Part shown: positions 39,608-50,505 of the stretch, in pieces | Numbering within the stretch: position 1 is the stretch's first letter | Layout: every line of letters starts with the position of its first letter | Source of the DNA: Candidatus Latescibacterota bacterium | GTDB taxonomy: Bacteria > Latescibacterota > UBA2968 > GCA-2709665 | Assembly (NCBI GenBank): GCA_965237675.1 | Contig: OZ250150.1 | Coordinates: 1,344,001 to 1,408,000, forward strand | DNA: 64,000 bases | Reading direction: 5' to 3' | Program-made: the position numbers and the translations under genes | The notes under the pieces: model-generated | Seen by the model: the letters and a program-made list of their open reading frames with translations, nothing else | Told to the model about the DNA's origin: nothing | Database searches by the model: none

Positions 39608-42325
39608 ATGGATGGGATCGGCCTTTTGGTGTTGGTGGTCTTCTGCTTGATTGTCCTGGGCTGGGCGAGATCGGTCCTGGCGGAGACGACGCACCCGGTC
39701 TATCCGGTTGATGCGTCGGCGAAACGAGTGGCCGCGTTGAAGCGCGTGGTTTCCAGGGTGATGGCGATGTCCGAAGACGAGATGGTGGCTCTGGTTCCGG
39801 ACAGGACGGGCTTTCGTTTCATGGGATGCCCGAACTGCGACGAGGGGACGCAGGAGGGGCAGTTGCGATGGTCGATATCCGATCCGCATCGGGTGAAATG
39901 TCGATTCTGCGACATGGTCTTTCCGAATGATCGGTATCCCGAGGATCGGGTGATGAATGTAGTGAATCCGGTGGGCGTGGAGGTGGAGTATCCCTACTGG
40001 GAGGACGCGACCGGGTACAGGTACCTGTTTTCGGCCAGGGGATGGCGTGAGGCGCGATCGTATTTTTCGAGTACCGCGCAGCGGTTCGGCGATCTGTACC
40101 AGATGACGGGCGAGCGGGCGTATGCGCGGCGTGCCGCGTTGATTCTGGACGCATTCGCACGGTACTACCCCGGATTCCTCGTGAGCCGCGATTGGCCCCA
40201 CAGACCCAAGGGATTCGCAACCGAGCCGCCGTATCCCAATGGCGGCGGAAAATGGGGGCGGTGGCGCCACGACGAAATGCCGACAAACCTGGTGTACGCG
40301 TACGATTCGATCTACGGTAGCGGCGAGCTGGAGCGGCTCTCGGCAGAGGTGGGGGCGGACGTGAAGGCGCGTATCGAGAACGATTTCTTCCGCGGCGCCA
40401 TTCGACAGGACCGGTTTCACGAGACCGATTACGGCAATGCGGGGCCGCGAATATACGAAGGATACATTGTGATCGGATGGGTCCTGGCAGATCCCGGGCT
40501 GGTGCACGAAGGCGTAAGGCGAAGCCGGGAACTGTTCAGGCGGATGTTCTACGAAGACGGGTTCTGGATGGAGGGCAGTGTAGGTTATCATCAGATGACA
40601 ATGGGTGGAATGAACAGAGTTTTCCGTGCAGTTCGGGGCTATAGCGACCCGCCGGGCTATGTCCATCCGGTCGACGGGACCCGCCTGGACAACCTGGACC
40701 TTTCACGGGATATCCCTGTGATCGCCAGGGCGGAGCGAATCCTGGAAACCTGCCGGTATCCCGACGGGCGGCAGATAACGATGCACGACAACTGGGCGCA
40801 CTTCAGAAACCTGAAGGTACCCGATCGCTCGGTCTCGACATTGCTGGCGGGTGTCGGGCACGGGTGGCTGGGGCGTGGCATGGGCGACGAACAGGTGCAG
40901 CTTCACCTTCACTTTTCGGGTGGCTACGGGCACCAACACGCGGACAATCTGAACATGGGTCTGTTCGCCAAAGGCCGCGAACTGTTTCCGGACGTCGGGT
41001 ACACCCACACGCGACACCGTGTCTGGAGCACGAGCACGCTGTGTCACAATACGGTGGTGATCGATGAGCAGCGGCAGTATTCAGGTGGCAGACAAGGGCC
41101 TTCGGACGGGCGGCTGCTGGCCTTCGAACCGGGATTCGACGCGGTGAAGTGGGTCGAGGCGAGCGGGGAACGGGCGTATCCGGGGCTGGCACAGGTCTAC
41201 CGGCGGGCGCTGCTGCTGGTGAATGCCGGGGAATCGGATATTTATGTGGTGGACCTTTTTCGCGTGGTTGGCGGATCGCAGCACGACTGGGCGCTGCACG
41301 GAAGTGCGGATTCGGACGGAGAGGCGCGGGTGAGCGTTCCCCTCGCGCCATTTGGCGAGCACATGCTGCCCGGCGTGGACGTGCGGTTTCCCGCCGGAGA
41401 GTCGGACCGCGGCGACGCCCGGGGCAGGAATATCTCGTATGCGTATTTCCAGAATGTCTCTCGCGGCGAGGCGGAAGACAGTCTGGGGATCACGTTCAGC
41501 GTTGACGATTCGCCGGTGGCGGTGCGGACGCATCTTCCCGTGCAGGCGGGCGCCGAGGTTTTCGTCGGTGATGCCATATCGTTTCGGCGGGCGGAGGAGA
41601 ACGATGCGCTGCAGGATCGGTTTCGGATGCCGATCTTTTTGCTGCGCCGTAAGGGGCCGGCGCCTCTCTCGAGCCACTTCGCCGCGGTGCACGAGCCGTT
41701 CGACCGAGCGCCGTTTGTAGACGACGTGCGCGTGGAAGCGCTGGATGGAGACGCGGTGGGGATCAGTGTACGCCACCACGGTGTGGTCGACCATTTCGTG
41801 TACAGGGAAGGATCGGGGCACGAAGACGTCGCGATGGGTGATCTGTCGCTAACGGGCGAGGTCGGGTTCGTGAGGGAGCGTGACGGCCAGCCGGAAATGA
41901 TGGGGCTATGGGGCGGCACGCTGCTGAAATGGAAGCAGGCGGCGCTGGAAGGCAGCGGCGCGTATGAGGGGGAGGTGACCGGAACCCTGAGGCGGGATGC
42001 CGGCGCGGCTTCCGATGCGCTGGTCGTTACCGGCGAGTTGCCCGTGGGCGAGGAATTGAAGGGCGCGACCGCGATCGTGACGTTCGGCGACGGGTCAACG
42101 AGGGGTTGCAGGGTGAAAGCGGTGGCGCGCGAAGGAAGGGAGACGCGCCTGTTGCTGGACGCCGACCCGGGATTTGCGGTGGAAGGCGAGGGCATGCGGC
42201 ATCTGTTCTTTCCCCATCGTGAGATTCCCGGAAAGGTGCGCTTCCGTCTGCGTACGTCGGCTTTCGTCCGAATCGCGGATGGTTCACTCACGTCTATCGG
42301 CAAGGCGGAGTTTTCGGGATTTTAG
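39608..42325 (+). CDS. Heparinase II/III-like polysaccharide lyase, secreted
   Basis: N-terminal hydrophobic signal; DGFWMEGSVGYH, GHQHADNL and HNTVVID motifs; CxxC pairs near the N-terminus. Confidence 0.8.
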   Translation: MDGIGLLVLVVFCLIVLGWARSVLAETTHPVYPVDASAKRVAALKRVVSRVMAMSEDEMVALVPDRTGFRFMGCPNCDEGTQEGQLRWSISDPHRVKCRFCDMVFPNDRYPEDRVMNVVNPVGVEVEYPYWEDATGYRYLFSARGWREARSYFSSTAQRFGDLYQMTGERAYARRAALILDAFARYYPGFLVSRDWPHRPKGFATEPPYPNGGGKWGRWRHDEMPTNLVYAYDSIYGSGELERLSAEVGADVKARIENDFFRGAIRQDRFHETDYGNAGPRIYEGYIVIGWVLADPGLVHEGVRRSRELFRRMFYEDGFWMEGSVGYHQMTMGGMNRVFRAVRGYSDPPGYVHPVDGTRLDNLDLSRDIPVIARAERILETCRYPDGRQITMHDNWAHFRNLKVPDRSVSTLLAGVGHGWLGRGMGDEQVQLHLHFSGGYGHQHADNLNMGLFAKGRELFPDVGYTHTRHRVWSTSTLCHNTVVIDEQRQYSGGRQGPSDGRLLAFEPGFDAVKWVEASGERAYPGLAQVYRRALLLVNAGESDIYVVDLFRVVGGSQHDWALHGSADSDGEARVSVPLAPFGEHMLPGVDVRFPAGESDRGDARGRNISYAYFQNVSRGEAEDSLGITFSVDDSPVAVRTHLPVQAGAEVFVGDAISFRRAEENDALQDRFRMPIFLLRRKGPAPLSSHFAAVHEPFDRAPFVDDVRVEALDGDAVGISVRHHGVVDHFVYREGSGHEDVAMGDLSLTGEVGFVRERDGQPEMMGLWGGTLLKWKQAALEGSGAYEGEVTGTLRRDAGAASDALVVTGELPVGEELKGATAIVTFGDGSTRGCRVKAVAREGRETRLLLDADPGFAVEGEGMRHLFFPHREIPGKVRFRLRTSAFVRIADGSLTSIGKAEFSGF

Positions 42326-42472
42326 CGTGAGGCCGTTCGCGTGGCCCTGCATTGCATAGAAATCTGCGAGGACTGATCATTCACCATCGAGCCTGTTGAG
42401 GAGATATGCCCTACGGCGCCGTTACAACGAACTGACGCGTAATTTCCAGGAGATAAACGTTTGTAGGATTTT

Positions 42473-42490
42473 CCTGTCCTATAGAACAGG
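42473..42490. promoter_or_regulatory. Near-perfect 18-bp palindrome CCTGTCCTATAGAACAGG; candidate binding site for the NarL-type regulator
   Basis: 8 of 9 positions pair; lies about 115 bp upstream of the SDR-QueA-like operon. Confidence 0.5.
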
Positions 42491-42605
42491 TTCCAAACAC
42501 GCCTTCCGTTCGATGCGGGGGGCTATTTTTATAGCTAAATTTCAACCACGACAGGAGAATGGCGAATCATCACGGTTGGGGTCTCAAATTTAAAGGAGGT
42601 CGATT

Positions 42606-43307
42606 ATGTCAACGCGAACAGCGCTTATTACGGGCGCATCTCGGGGTTTGGGTCTCACACTCGCGCGTGAACTCGCGCGGCGAGGATGGCGATTGGTCAT
42701 CAACGCAAGAGGCGCGGAGGCACTGGATGCCGCACGGGAAGAATTGGCAACATGGACGGATGTCATCGCCATTCCGGGAGATGTGACAGTGGCTGAGCAT
42801 CGGGGGGAACTGGCTCGCGCCGCGAACAAGCTCGGTCATCTGGATGCCGTCGTCAACAATGCAGGTATGTTGGGGCCGAGTCCCCAGCCGGAGCTGCTTG
42901 ATTATCCACTCGATATCCTGGAGGAAGTGTATCGCGCCAATGTGATTGCACCCCTGGGCGTGCTGCAGGCGGTTCAACATGCCTTGAAACCCGGTGCACG
43001 CATAATCAATGTGACCAGCGACGCGGCTCGCGAGGCGTACGGTGGCTGGGGTGGATACGGTTCTTCGAAGGCGGCGTTCGAGCAGCTTTCAAACGTGCTT
43101 GCGGCGGAACGTCCGGATTGGCGCGTCTACTGGGTGGATCCCGGCGACATGCGCACTCAAATGCATCAGGATGCGTTTCCCGGCGAGGATATCAGCGACC
43201 GACCTCTGCCAGAGACGAGCGTATCGGGATTTATTGAACTCCTGGAAGGCTCGCACGAAAGTGGTCGCTACGCGGCGCGTGAGTTATTCAACACGAACGA
43301 TAGTTGA
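42606..43307 (+). CDS. Short-chain dehydrogenase/reductase (SDR)
   Basis: TGASRGLG, NNAG, YGSSK and VDPGDMRT motifs; AAGGAGG RBS. Confidence 0.95.
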   Translation: MSTRTALITGASRGLGLTLARELARRGWRLVINARGAEALDAAREELATWTDVIAIPGDVTVAEHRGELARAANKLGHLDAVVNNAGMLGPSPQPELLDYPLDILEEVYRANVIAPLGVLQAVQHALKPGARIINVTSDAAREAYGGWGGYGSSKAAFEQLSNVLAAERPDWRVYWVDPGDMRTQMHQDAFPGEDISDRPLPETSVSGFIELLEGSHESGRYAARELFNTNDS

Positions 43308-43326
43308 TTGTTGAAGGGGGTACGTT

Positions 43327-44433
43327 ATGTCCAATTCGATGCCAACGACGGTATCGCCCATTACCATGGTGAATTCAAAGCTGGACTCTCTGGCCTTTGA
43401 TCTGCCGTCGAAACTGGAGGCGGGCGAGCCACCCGAGGCGCGCGGCCTCAGTCGAGACGAAGTTCGGTTGATGGTGTCGCGGATAGGCAATGATACGATT
43501 GAACACATTGCATTTCGCGATCTGCCCGAGGCGCTGCGCGCGGGCGACGTGCTCGTGATCAACACAAGCGGCACCCGCAAAGCGTCGTTGCCTGTTGTTC
43601 GGTCCGACGGACTGGAACTGAGGCTGCATTTGTCAACGGAATTGCCGGCTGAAATGTGGGCGGTTGAAGTGCGCTCAGCCGATGCGTCGCGGCCCTTCCC
43701 GCACGCCCGGGCGGGCGAGGTGTTGACGTTGCCCGGTGGCGGATCCGCGCAGTTGCACGTACCCTGTCGGCCCGACTTGCGGGAAGATCCCGCCGCTGCC
43801 GTTCGTTTGTGGATTGCAACGATGAATTTGCCCTATGACGTGGAAACGTACCTGGACGTCTACGGGATGCCCATTCGGTACGGATATGTACGGGACAATT
43901 GGTCCATCGGATATTATCAGACCGTATATGCAACGGAAGCAGGCAGCGCCGAGATGCCATCGGCCGGCCGCGCGTTCACTCCCGAGGTCATCACGGAATT
44001 GGTTGCGAAGGGGATTCAGATTGCGCCGCTGATTCTGCATACAGGCGTGGCAAGCCTGGAAGCCGATGAGCCGCCCTATGAGGAGTATTACCGGGTACCG
44101 GTCGAATCGACCCGGGTTATCAACAATGCAAGTGAAAATGGCGGGCGGATTATCGCCGTTGGCACCACAGTGGTTCGGGCGCTCGAAACCGTTGCCGATA
44201 GGGCCGGACGGGTTTCTCCGGGTGAAGGGTGGACGACACTGGTGATTTCACCTGAACGACCCATGCGAGTCGTACGCGGTTTGCTGACCGGGCTGCACGA
44301 ACCGAGCGCCACGCATCTGTCCATGCTACAGGCATTGGCGGGGTTGGAACACCTGAAGTTGACCTATAGCGCCGCGCTCGCCAAACGTTATCTGTGGCAT
44401 GAATTTGGCGATCTGCATTTGATTTTGCCCTGA
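43327..44433 (+). CDS. Divergent QueA-like protein (SAM:tRNA ribosyltransferase-isomerase family)
   Basis: QueA-fold motifs (RLMV, GDVLVIN, YQTVYA, AVGTTVVRALE) alongside non-canonical SAEMPSAGRAFT, TGLHEP and YLWHEFGD. Confidence 0.85.
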   Translation: MSNSMPTTVSPITMVNSKLDSLAFDLPSKLEAGEPPEARGLSRDEVRLMVSRIGNDTIEHIAFRDLPEALRAGDVLVINTSGTRKASLPVVRSDGLELRLHLSTELPAEMWAVEVRSADASRPFPHARAGEVLTLPGGGSAQLHVPCRPDLREDPAAAVRLWIATMNLPYDVETYLDVYGMPIRYGYVRDNWSIGYYQTVYATEAGSAEMPSAGRAFTPEVITELVAKGIQIAPLILHTGVASLEADEPPYEEYYRVPVESTRVINNASENGGRIIAVGTTVVRALETVADRAGRVSPGEGWTTLVISPERPMRVVRGLLTGLHEPSATHLSMLQALAGLEHLKLTYSAALAKRYLWHEFGDLHLILP

Positions 44434-44493
44434 ACGGGAAGTATATTGGTAAAAGTAGCGCACTAAACACCTTAAAGGCAGACGAAGAGATCC

Positions 44494-45654
44494 ATGCCAA
44501 CGCAAACCGACCAACTCAAGCAACGCAATCGCGAACTCTCCATTCTAAACGCGATCGCCCACGCGCTCAACCAGTCCGTGGACCTCGATCAAGCCCTCGA
44601 AGCTGTACTTGAAGAAGTGGCCGCGTTGCTCGATCTGAGCACCAGTTGGATATGGCTCTTCAACGAAGAGACCAATGAACCCTATCTGGCTGCCGCACAA
44701 AACCTGCCTCCCGCGTTACACGACAATCCGGCCAAAATGGAGGGTTGGTGCTATTGCCTGGATACTTATCGGAGAGGCGATTTGACGGGGGCTGCGAATG
44801 TGAATGTCGTCACGTGCAGCCGGCTCAAGGGGCTTGTAGAAGGAACGGACGGATTGCGGTATCACGCGAGTATTCCACTGTACGCGCACAGCAAGAAGGT
44901 GGGCGTGTTGAACGTGGGCAGTGTCGAGTGGCGCGAACTCTCAATGGAAGATTTACGCTTGTTGAATACGGTAGGCGATCTCACGAGTATTGCAATCGAG
45001 CGTGCGCGATTATACGAAAAGAGCGTCGAAACCGGCGCAGCGGATGAGCGTCTCCGACTCGCGCGAGAAATACACGACACCCTGGGTCAGAATCTGGCGG
45101 CAATTCTGATGCGGTTGGAAACACTGGATGCTCTACTCGAAAGCGATACGGACCGCGAAAAGCTGTCCGAAACCGTGCGCGATGCGATGGCGATGGCTCG
45201 CGGTAATCTGGAAGATGCGCGACGGGCCGTGTTGGATTTGCGCGCCGCACCGCTGGAGAATCGCTCGCTGCCCGGGGCGTTGGAAGCTTTAGCGAATGAG
45301 ATTGGATCCGAGGCAGGCCTGGTCATCCGGATAAATTGCGTTGGCGGACATCCCCTGTCCGCGAGGGTCGAAGCCGGGTTGTATCGCATGGCGGAGGAGG
45401 CGCTGAACAATGTCGCGGCGCATGCAGATGCGACGAAGGCCCTGGTTGAATTGACGTCAACTCCTGACTACGTGGCGCTTATTGTTGAAGACGACGGGCG
45501 CGGATTTGACGCGGAAGACACGTCAGAAGCACGATATGGGCTGGTTGGTATGCGTGAGCGGGCACATTTGCTGGGGGGTTCATTTTCCATTGAGAGCGCC
45601 CCCCGGCACGGCACGCGTCTGGAGATTCGGATTCCTCTGGAGCGTCGCGTATGA
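44494..45654 (+). CDS. GAF-domain sensor histidine kinase (HisKA_3; AirS/YhcY-like Cys motif)
   Basis: GAF domain with CYC...CSRL; H-box ERLRLAREIHDTLGQ; EALNNV, DDGRGF and GLVGMRER. Confidence 0.92.
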   Translation: MPTQTDQLKQRNRELSILNAIAHALNQSVDLDQALEAVLEEVAALLDLSTSWIWLFNEETNEPYLAAAQNLPPALHDNPAKMEGWCYCLDTYRRGDLTGAANVNVVTCSRLKGLVEGTDGLRYHASIPLYAHSKKVGVLNVGSVEWRELSMEDLRLLNTVGDLTSIAIERARLYEKSVETGAADERLRLAREIHDTLGQNLAAILMRLETLDALLESDTDREKLSETVRDAMAMARGNLEDARRAVLDLRAAPLENRSLPGALEALANEIGSEAGLVIRINCVGGHPLSARVEAGLYRMAEEALNNVAAHADATKALVELTSTPDYVALIVEDDGRGFDAEDTSEARYGLVGMRERAHLLGGSFSIESAPRHGTRLEIRIPLERRV

Positions 45655-46271
45655 GCGAGCCGATCCGCATCCTCGTTGTCGACGATCATCCGGTTGTTCG
45701 CGACGGCCTGACCGCGATGTTGAATACGCAGTCCGATTTCGAGGTGGTGGGAGAAGCCAGTGACGGGGAGGAGGCGTTGCAGAGGGTTGCGGAGTGGGAC
45801 CCCGACGTGCTGTTGCTCGATCTGGAGATGCCGGGCGTGGATGGGATCGAGACCCTTCAGCGGTTGAGACAAAGTAAGGCCAGGGCGCGGGCGATTGTAT
45901 TTACGGTTTTTGATACCGACGAGCGCATTGTCTCGGCGATGAAGGCTGGCGCAAAGGGCTATTTGCTCAAGGGCGCGCCCAGAGACGACGTGTTCCGCGC
46001 CGTGCGGGTGGTCAACGAAGGCGGGTCGTTGCTCGAGCCGCTGATCGCTTCAAGGTTCCTGGACAGCATCAATAATCCCGATGCGTTGACAGCGCGCCAA
46101 AAGGAAGTGCTGAAACTGATCGCAACGGGTCTTCTGAACAAAGAAATCGCCGACCGACTCTACATTTCTGAACGAACGGTCAAGTTCCACGTCAGCGAGA
46201 TCCTGGCCAAGCTCGGCGCGGGAAATCGTACGGAGGCAGTCGCAATTGCGACACAGCGAGGGTTGATATAA
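45651..46271 (+). CDS. NarL/LuxR-family response regulator
   Basis: VDDH, LLDLEMP and HTH LTARQKEVL...NKEIADRLYISERTVKFHV; 4-bp overlap with the kinase gene. Confidence 0.96.
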   Translation: MSEPIRILVVDDHPVVRDGLTAMLNTQSDFEVVGEASDGEEALQRVAEWDPDVLLLDLEMPGVDGIETLQRLRQSKARARAIVFTVFDTDERIVSAMKAGAKGYLLKGAPRDDVFRAVRVVNEGGSLLEPLIASRFLDSINNPDALTARQKEVLKLIATGLLNKEIADRLYISERTVKFHVSEILAKLGAGNRTEAVAIATQRGLI

Positions 46272-46420
46272 GCAATCAGCTTTCAGCTATCAGCCCGGTC
46301 CCATCCACCCACTAAAGTTGCCTTTTCAGGGCCGCTGGCATGTGCGCGCATTTAATTCAAGCGGCATCGCGTCCTGCTCGTTTTCGTCATTCAATCCACT
46401 GAGGAGAAGGACATACTGAG

Positions 46421-48986
46421 ATGAAAGAGATATATAGTTGGGTGCCGTGGTTTCGAGAGTTGGCTCGAAGAATCGCCGATGAAGGCGAAGCTTATCTGAT
46501 TAAAAATGCCAAACAGGTGGTGTGGGGTGAAAACCCCCCTCTGCTTAAATATGGAGATGAGGCAATCGATCCGTTTTCGTTCTTTTATTTTTTGGCTTCA
46601 AAAAACACGACTAACCAACTGAAACCAGTGTACGACAGCGTCAGTAGCGTATTTGAAATAAAACCCCTGGATACGGATATAGATGAGGAACTTTACTATC
46701 CCACTCCCAAATTCAACAGGCTTTTTTATGACGAAAGAAAACCCAATTCGCATCTTCTCTGGCGTCTTTTCGGCCAGGCAGCAGCGGACGATCCAGAAAT
46801 AGATCCGAATGACTTTAAGGATGTTCTGAACATAAAAAACGTTGCAGCTGCAAAATTGACACAATCCCTATTTTTGATTAATCCCGGATACTTTCTGCCG
46901 GTGGATAATTCATCAGCGGATCTGTCTGAAGCTCTGGATTTGCCGGCGCCGTCAGCAATAGACAGCGGTGGCTATGAAGCGTATCGATCTTTTCTTCAAA
47001 AGTTAAAGAGAGCGTTTCCAGGATGTGAGCCGTATGAAATCAATATGCTCTTATATCTACAAAACTCCCGAAAGATAGTGGTGAGCGATAGATTCTATCA
47101 AATCAGCACTTACGTATTTGATCCAGCGGGCGGTGATTATTGGGAAAACCGTGACGGTAGCTTCAAGGAGAATAACTGGGTGTTTACTGGAGGACCGGGT
47201 TCCGGAAAATCGTGGGAGGAAGAAGGAGGCTATCCCCTGACCGAACCTGCGCCGGGAGATGTTGTTCTGGTCAGAACGGGAAGACAAAAGGGAAGAGCAA
47301 TCGGCATCGTTCACAAAAACGATTATGTCAAATCAGGGATGAATGAGAACAGTAGGATTCATGTTCTGTGGATAAACAAAACGGAAGAACGTCTGTCAAG
47401 GTTCACGCCTATCGTCGGCTTTAGCAAGGCCGGCGACTCGACGCATCAGGCTTTTGAAAAGACGGATGGCTATAAGCCTACGTTTGATTTGATCAAAGGA
47501 CTTGCCCCGAAATCAAATGGGTACAAACCACAATTACATCCGGATGCACTGCAACCGGGTAAACAAACTATGAAAAATCCACATCCTTTGAATCAGATCC
47601 TGTATGGACCTCCGGGTACGAGCAAGACATGGCACACGGTCAATCATGCGCTGGCGATTGTTGACAACAAACCCGTGGATGAGCTTAAAGAGGAGAAAAA
47701 GGAAGTCCGAAAGAAAAAAACGCGGCGATTCAATGAATCGAAAGAGAACGGCCAGATCGAAATGGTGACTTTTCATCAGAACTACAATTATGAGGATTTT
47801 ATCGAGGGCATCCGGCCAGTTCCTCGCTGGCGACGGTGAGGGAAGTATAGAATATGAACTTTCCAATGGCGTTTTTAGGGAAATCGCAAAACGGGCTGAG
47901 GACAATAAGGAACGATCTGAGCAAACAGGTGACAAATCATGGGATACAGATGAGCTACTTCAGGATTTCGCCGAGTCTATTGAGGAGAGGTTGGAATCAG
48001 AAGAAAAAATCAAGCTTTTTCCTCCTGATCAAAGGAGTGGTGTAACCATTGCAAAGATCCATTGGTCACGTGGTGCCTTTTTGTCTGTACAGCTTGGTGG
48101 TTCCGTAAAGGATCATAGACTTACAAGAAAAGTGATAATTAGGGACTACGGTGCCTTTTACAGGGGCGAGATTAAATCGCCGCAAGACATTAAACCCACG
48201 CATAAATCAACTGCGAGTCAACACGGCAATGCAAGGCGCTACTTTCAATTATACGAAAGGATAAAGCAATTTCATGACAAAGAGTGGAAGCCGGAAAGAC
48301 TGGAGGTAGTACATAATCAGAACTATGTCCTGATCATTGATGAGATCAATCGTGGAAATATCGCTAAAATCTTCGGCGAGTTGATTACGCTGATTGAAGA
48401 ATCCAAGCGGATCGGAAGTGATGACGAAGCAACCGTTACTCTCCCCTATTCAAAGGAAGAGTTCGGCGTGCCGGATAACCTCTACATCATTGGTACGATG
48501 AACACCGCGGATCGTTCCATCGCGCTGCTGGATACCGCACTCCGGCGGCGGTTCGAGTTTGTCGAGATGATGCCGGATCCAAAGCTTGTTGGTGGCAAAC
48601 TCGATAAAGTGGATTGTCAGAAATTACTTGAAGCCATGAATAAACGCATCCGTTTCCTGTTCGATCGCGAGCATCAGATTGGGCACACGTATTTCCTGGG
48701 AATTGATGACTTGAAATCGCTCGAGGCAACGTTCAAAAACAAAATCATCCCGCTCTTGCAGGAGTATTTTTACGACAACTGGGAGAAAATCGACCTGGTC
48801 TTGAATCGCAACGGGTTTATTCGAAAAATCCACATTGAGAACGGCCTGTTTAAGGATTCAGACTTGATTGACGATCAGAGTGAAAGTTATGAGTTGCTGC
48901 CAGTCGACGATGGCAAATGGCAAGATCCGGAACAGTACCGGAAAATTTACGAGAATGACAAACAAGGCGATGCCGGTGAAAGTTAA
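46421..48986 (+). pseudogene. mcrB: McrB-like AAA+ GTPase with a +1 frameshift near 47820
   Basis: ILYGPPGTSKT and [18 protein letters not shown] in the first ORF; [18 protein letters not shown] and ALRRRF in the second. Removing one base gives [15 protein letters not shown]. Confidence 0.88.
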
Positions 48987-49000
48987 GAGGACGCCTGAAT

Positions 49001-50254
49001 ATGCCCGACACGAAGGTAGTCAGAGAACATGAAGAACTGAAGGGTCTCCGTGAGGATGAGCTTCGTGACCTGAAGGAGTTTGCCCTCGAACACCAAAGAG
49101 ATGATCTGGGAAACTACAGGCCGGTACTGACAGTCAGGAACGGCAAACTGAAGGCCGGAAACTACGTCGGAATTATCGAAACGCGCAGGCAAACCGTGCT
49201 AGAGATTCTGCCAAAGGTGGATATCGCGAAGGGTGGCAAGATTGAAGAAACCAAACGGGTTCTTTTCAACATGTTGCGCTCCTGGCGTGGATTCAAATCG
49301 AAGGCTGTGTTCAACGAAAGTAATATCAACGCTGTGCGGCGTTTCAATATGTTGGAGGTGTTCGTCCATTTGTTTTTGAACAACCTCGTCATGCTCACAC
49401 AGCGCGGTCTTGCCCGCCACTATCAGCCGGTTGAGGATAACCTGCCCTGCCTCCGCGGGCGCATTTTGTTTCCCCAACACATCCGGGAGAATTCGTCCAA
49501 TCGCGCGCGGTTCTACGTCGGCTATGACGAGTTCAGCGCCAACCGTCCGGCCAATCGCCTGATTCACAGCACGATTAACAAATTGACTGGTACCGTTCGG
49601 CAGCCGAGAAACCAGCAGTTGCTGCATCAGTTGCGAATCGGCTTTTCCGATATTCCGTTGTCAACGCACCCGCAAAGCGACTGGGACCGGCATGGTGTGG
49701 ATCGTACGATTCAACATTACGATGCGGTGATGCAGTGGGTCGGGCTGTTTCTGTTCAATCATGGCCTGACCACGTTTGCCGGTAAACACGTCAACCAGGC
49801 GCTGTTGTTCCCGATGTGGGAGATATTCGAAGACTATGTGGCAGACTGTTTTCGGCGGTACGGGCCGGAATTCTCGGTGCGCCAACAGGGTCCGATGAAG
49901 CCGTTAGCCCGCCGGGGTAACGACAAAGTCTTTTATATGAAACCGGATATCAGTCTGATGTCTGGCGACAGGACTGTATTCATCCTGGATACGAAATGGA
50001 AACGCTTAAACGCGGAGGACGGAGATCTAAAACGTGGTGTCAATCAGGCCGATATGTACCAGATGTTCGTTTACGGTAAGAAATACCAAAAATTCGGATG
50101 CCGGAAAGTCGCACTTGTCTATCCGAAGACGGATCAATTTGATAAACCGTTGCGTTATGAATTCGACAAACAATTGTCATTGGCGTGTCTTCCATTCGAC
50201 GTGACCCATCCAGAGCGTAGCGTGAGAGAGATAATCCAACATCTGAACAACTGA
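49001..50254 (+). CDS. mcrC: McrC-family restriction endonuclease subunit
   Basis: NYVG, ILPK, LFPMWEIFEDYV, MKPDI, ILDTKWK and ADMYQMFVY motifs. Confidence 0.92.
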   Translation: MPDTKVVREHEELKGLREDELRDLKEFALEHQRDDLGNYRPVLTVRNGKLKAGNYVGIIETRRQTVLEILPKVDIAKGGKIEETKRVLFNMLRSWRGFKSKAVFNESNINAVRRFNMLEVFVHLFLNNLVMLTQRGLARHYQPVEDNLPCLRGRILFPQHIRENSSNRARFYVGYDEFSANRPANRLIHSTINKLTGTVRQPRNQQLLHQLRIGFSDIPLSTHPQSDWDRHGVDRTIQHYDAVMQWVGLFLFNHGLTTFAGKHVNQALLFPMWEIFEDYVADCFRRYGPEFSVRQQGPMKPLARRGNDKVFYMKPDISLMSGDRTVFILDTKWKRLNAEDGDLKRGVNQADMYQMFVYGKKYQKFGCRKVALVYPKTDQFDKPLRYEFDKQLSLACLPFDVTHPERSVREIIQHLNN

Positions 50255-50338
50255 ATTTGCTCGATTCAATCTTTGCCAGGATGAACGACCAACGATTCTC
50301 CGAATCTTCCGCGGCGTTCGTAGAGATGTTAAATCAAT

Positions 50339-50371
50339 AAAGCCCGCTGCCAGAAATGGTGCGGGCTTTTT
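50339..50371 (+). terminator. Rho-independent terminator after mcrC
   Basis: AAAGCCCGC...GCGGGCTTTTT stem with a U-tract. Confidence 0.7.
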
Positions 50372-50505
50372 GTATGGATCAGGACGGCAGCCTTGATAAT
50401 CGGTGTGAGCGCCAAATTGCCAGGGCTATGGAAAAATCACCGCCAGTACGGAAGGCCCGAAGAATAGGGATCATGGTCCCATCTGTAGCCATGACCCTTC
50501 GCCGA

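Noticed and set aside
43327-44433. Assigning the gene symbol queA
   Set aside because: Several canonical QueA motifs are altered and the context lacks tgt/que genes, so it is kept as QueA-like.
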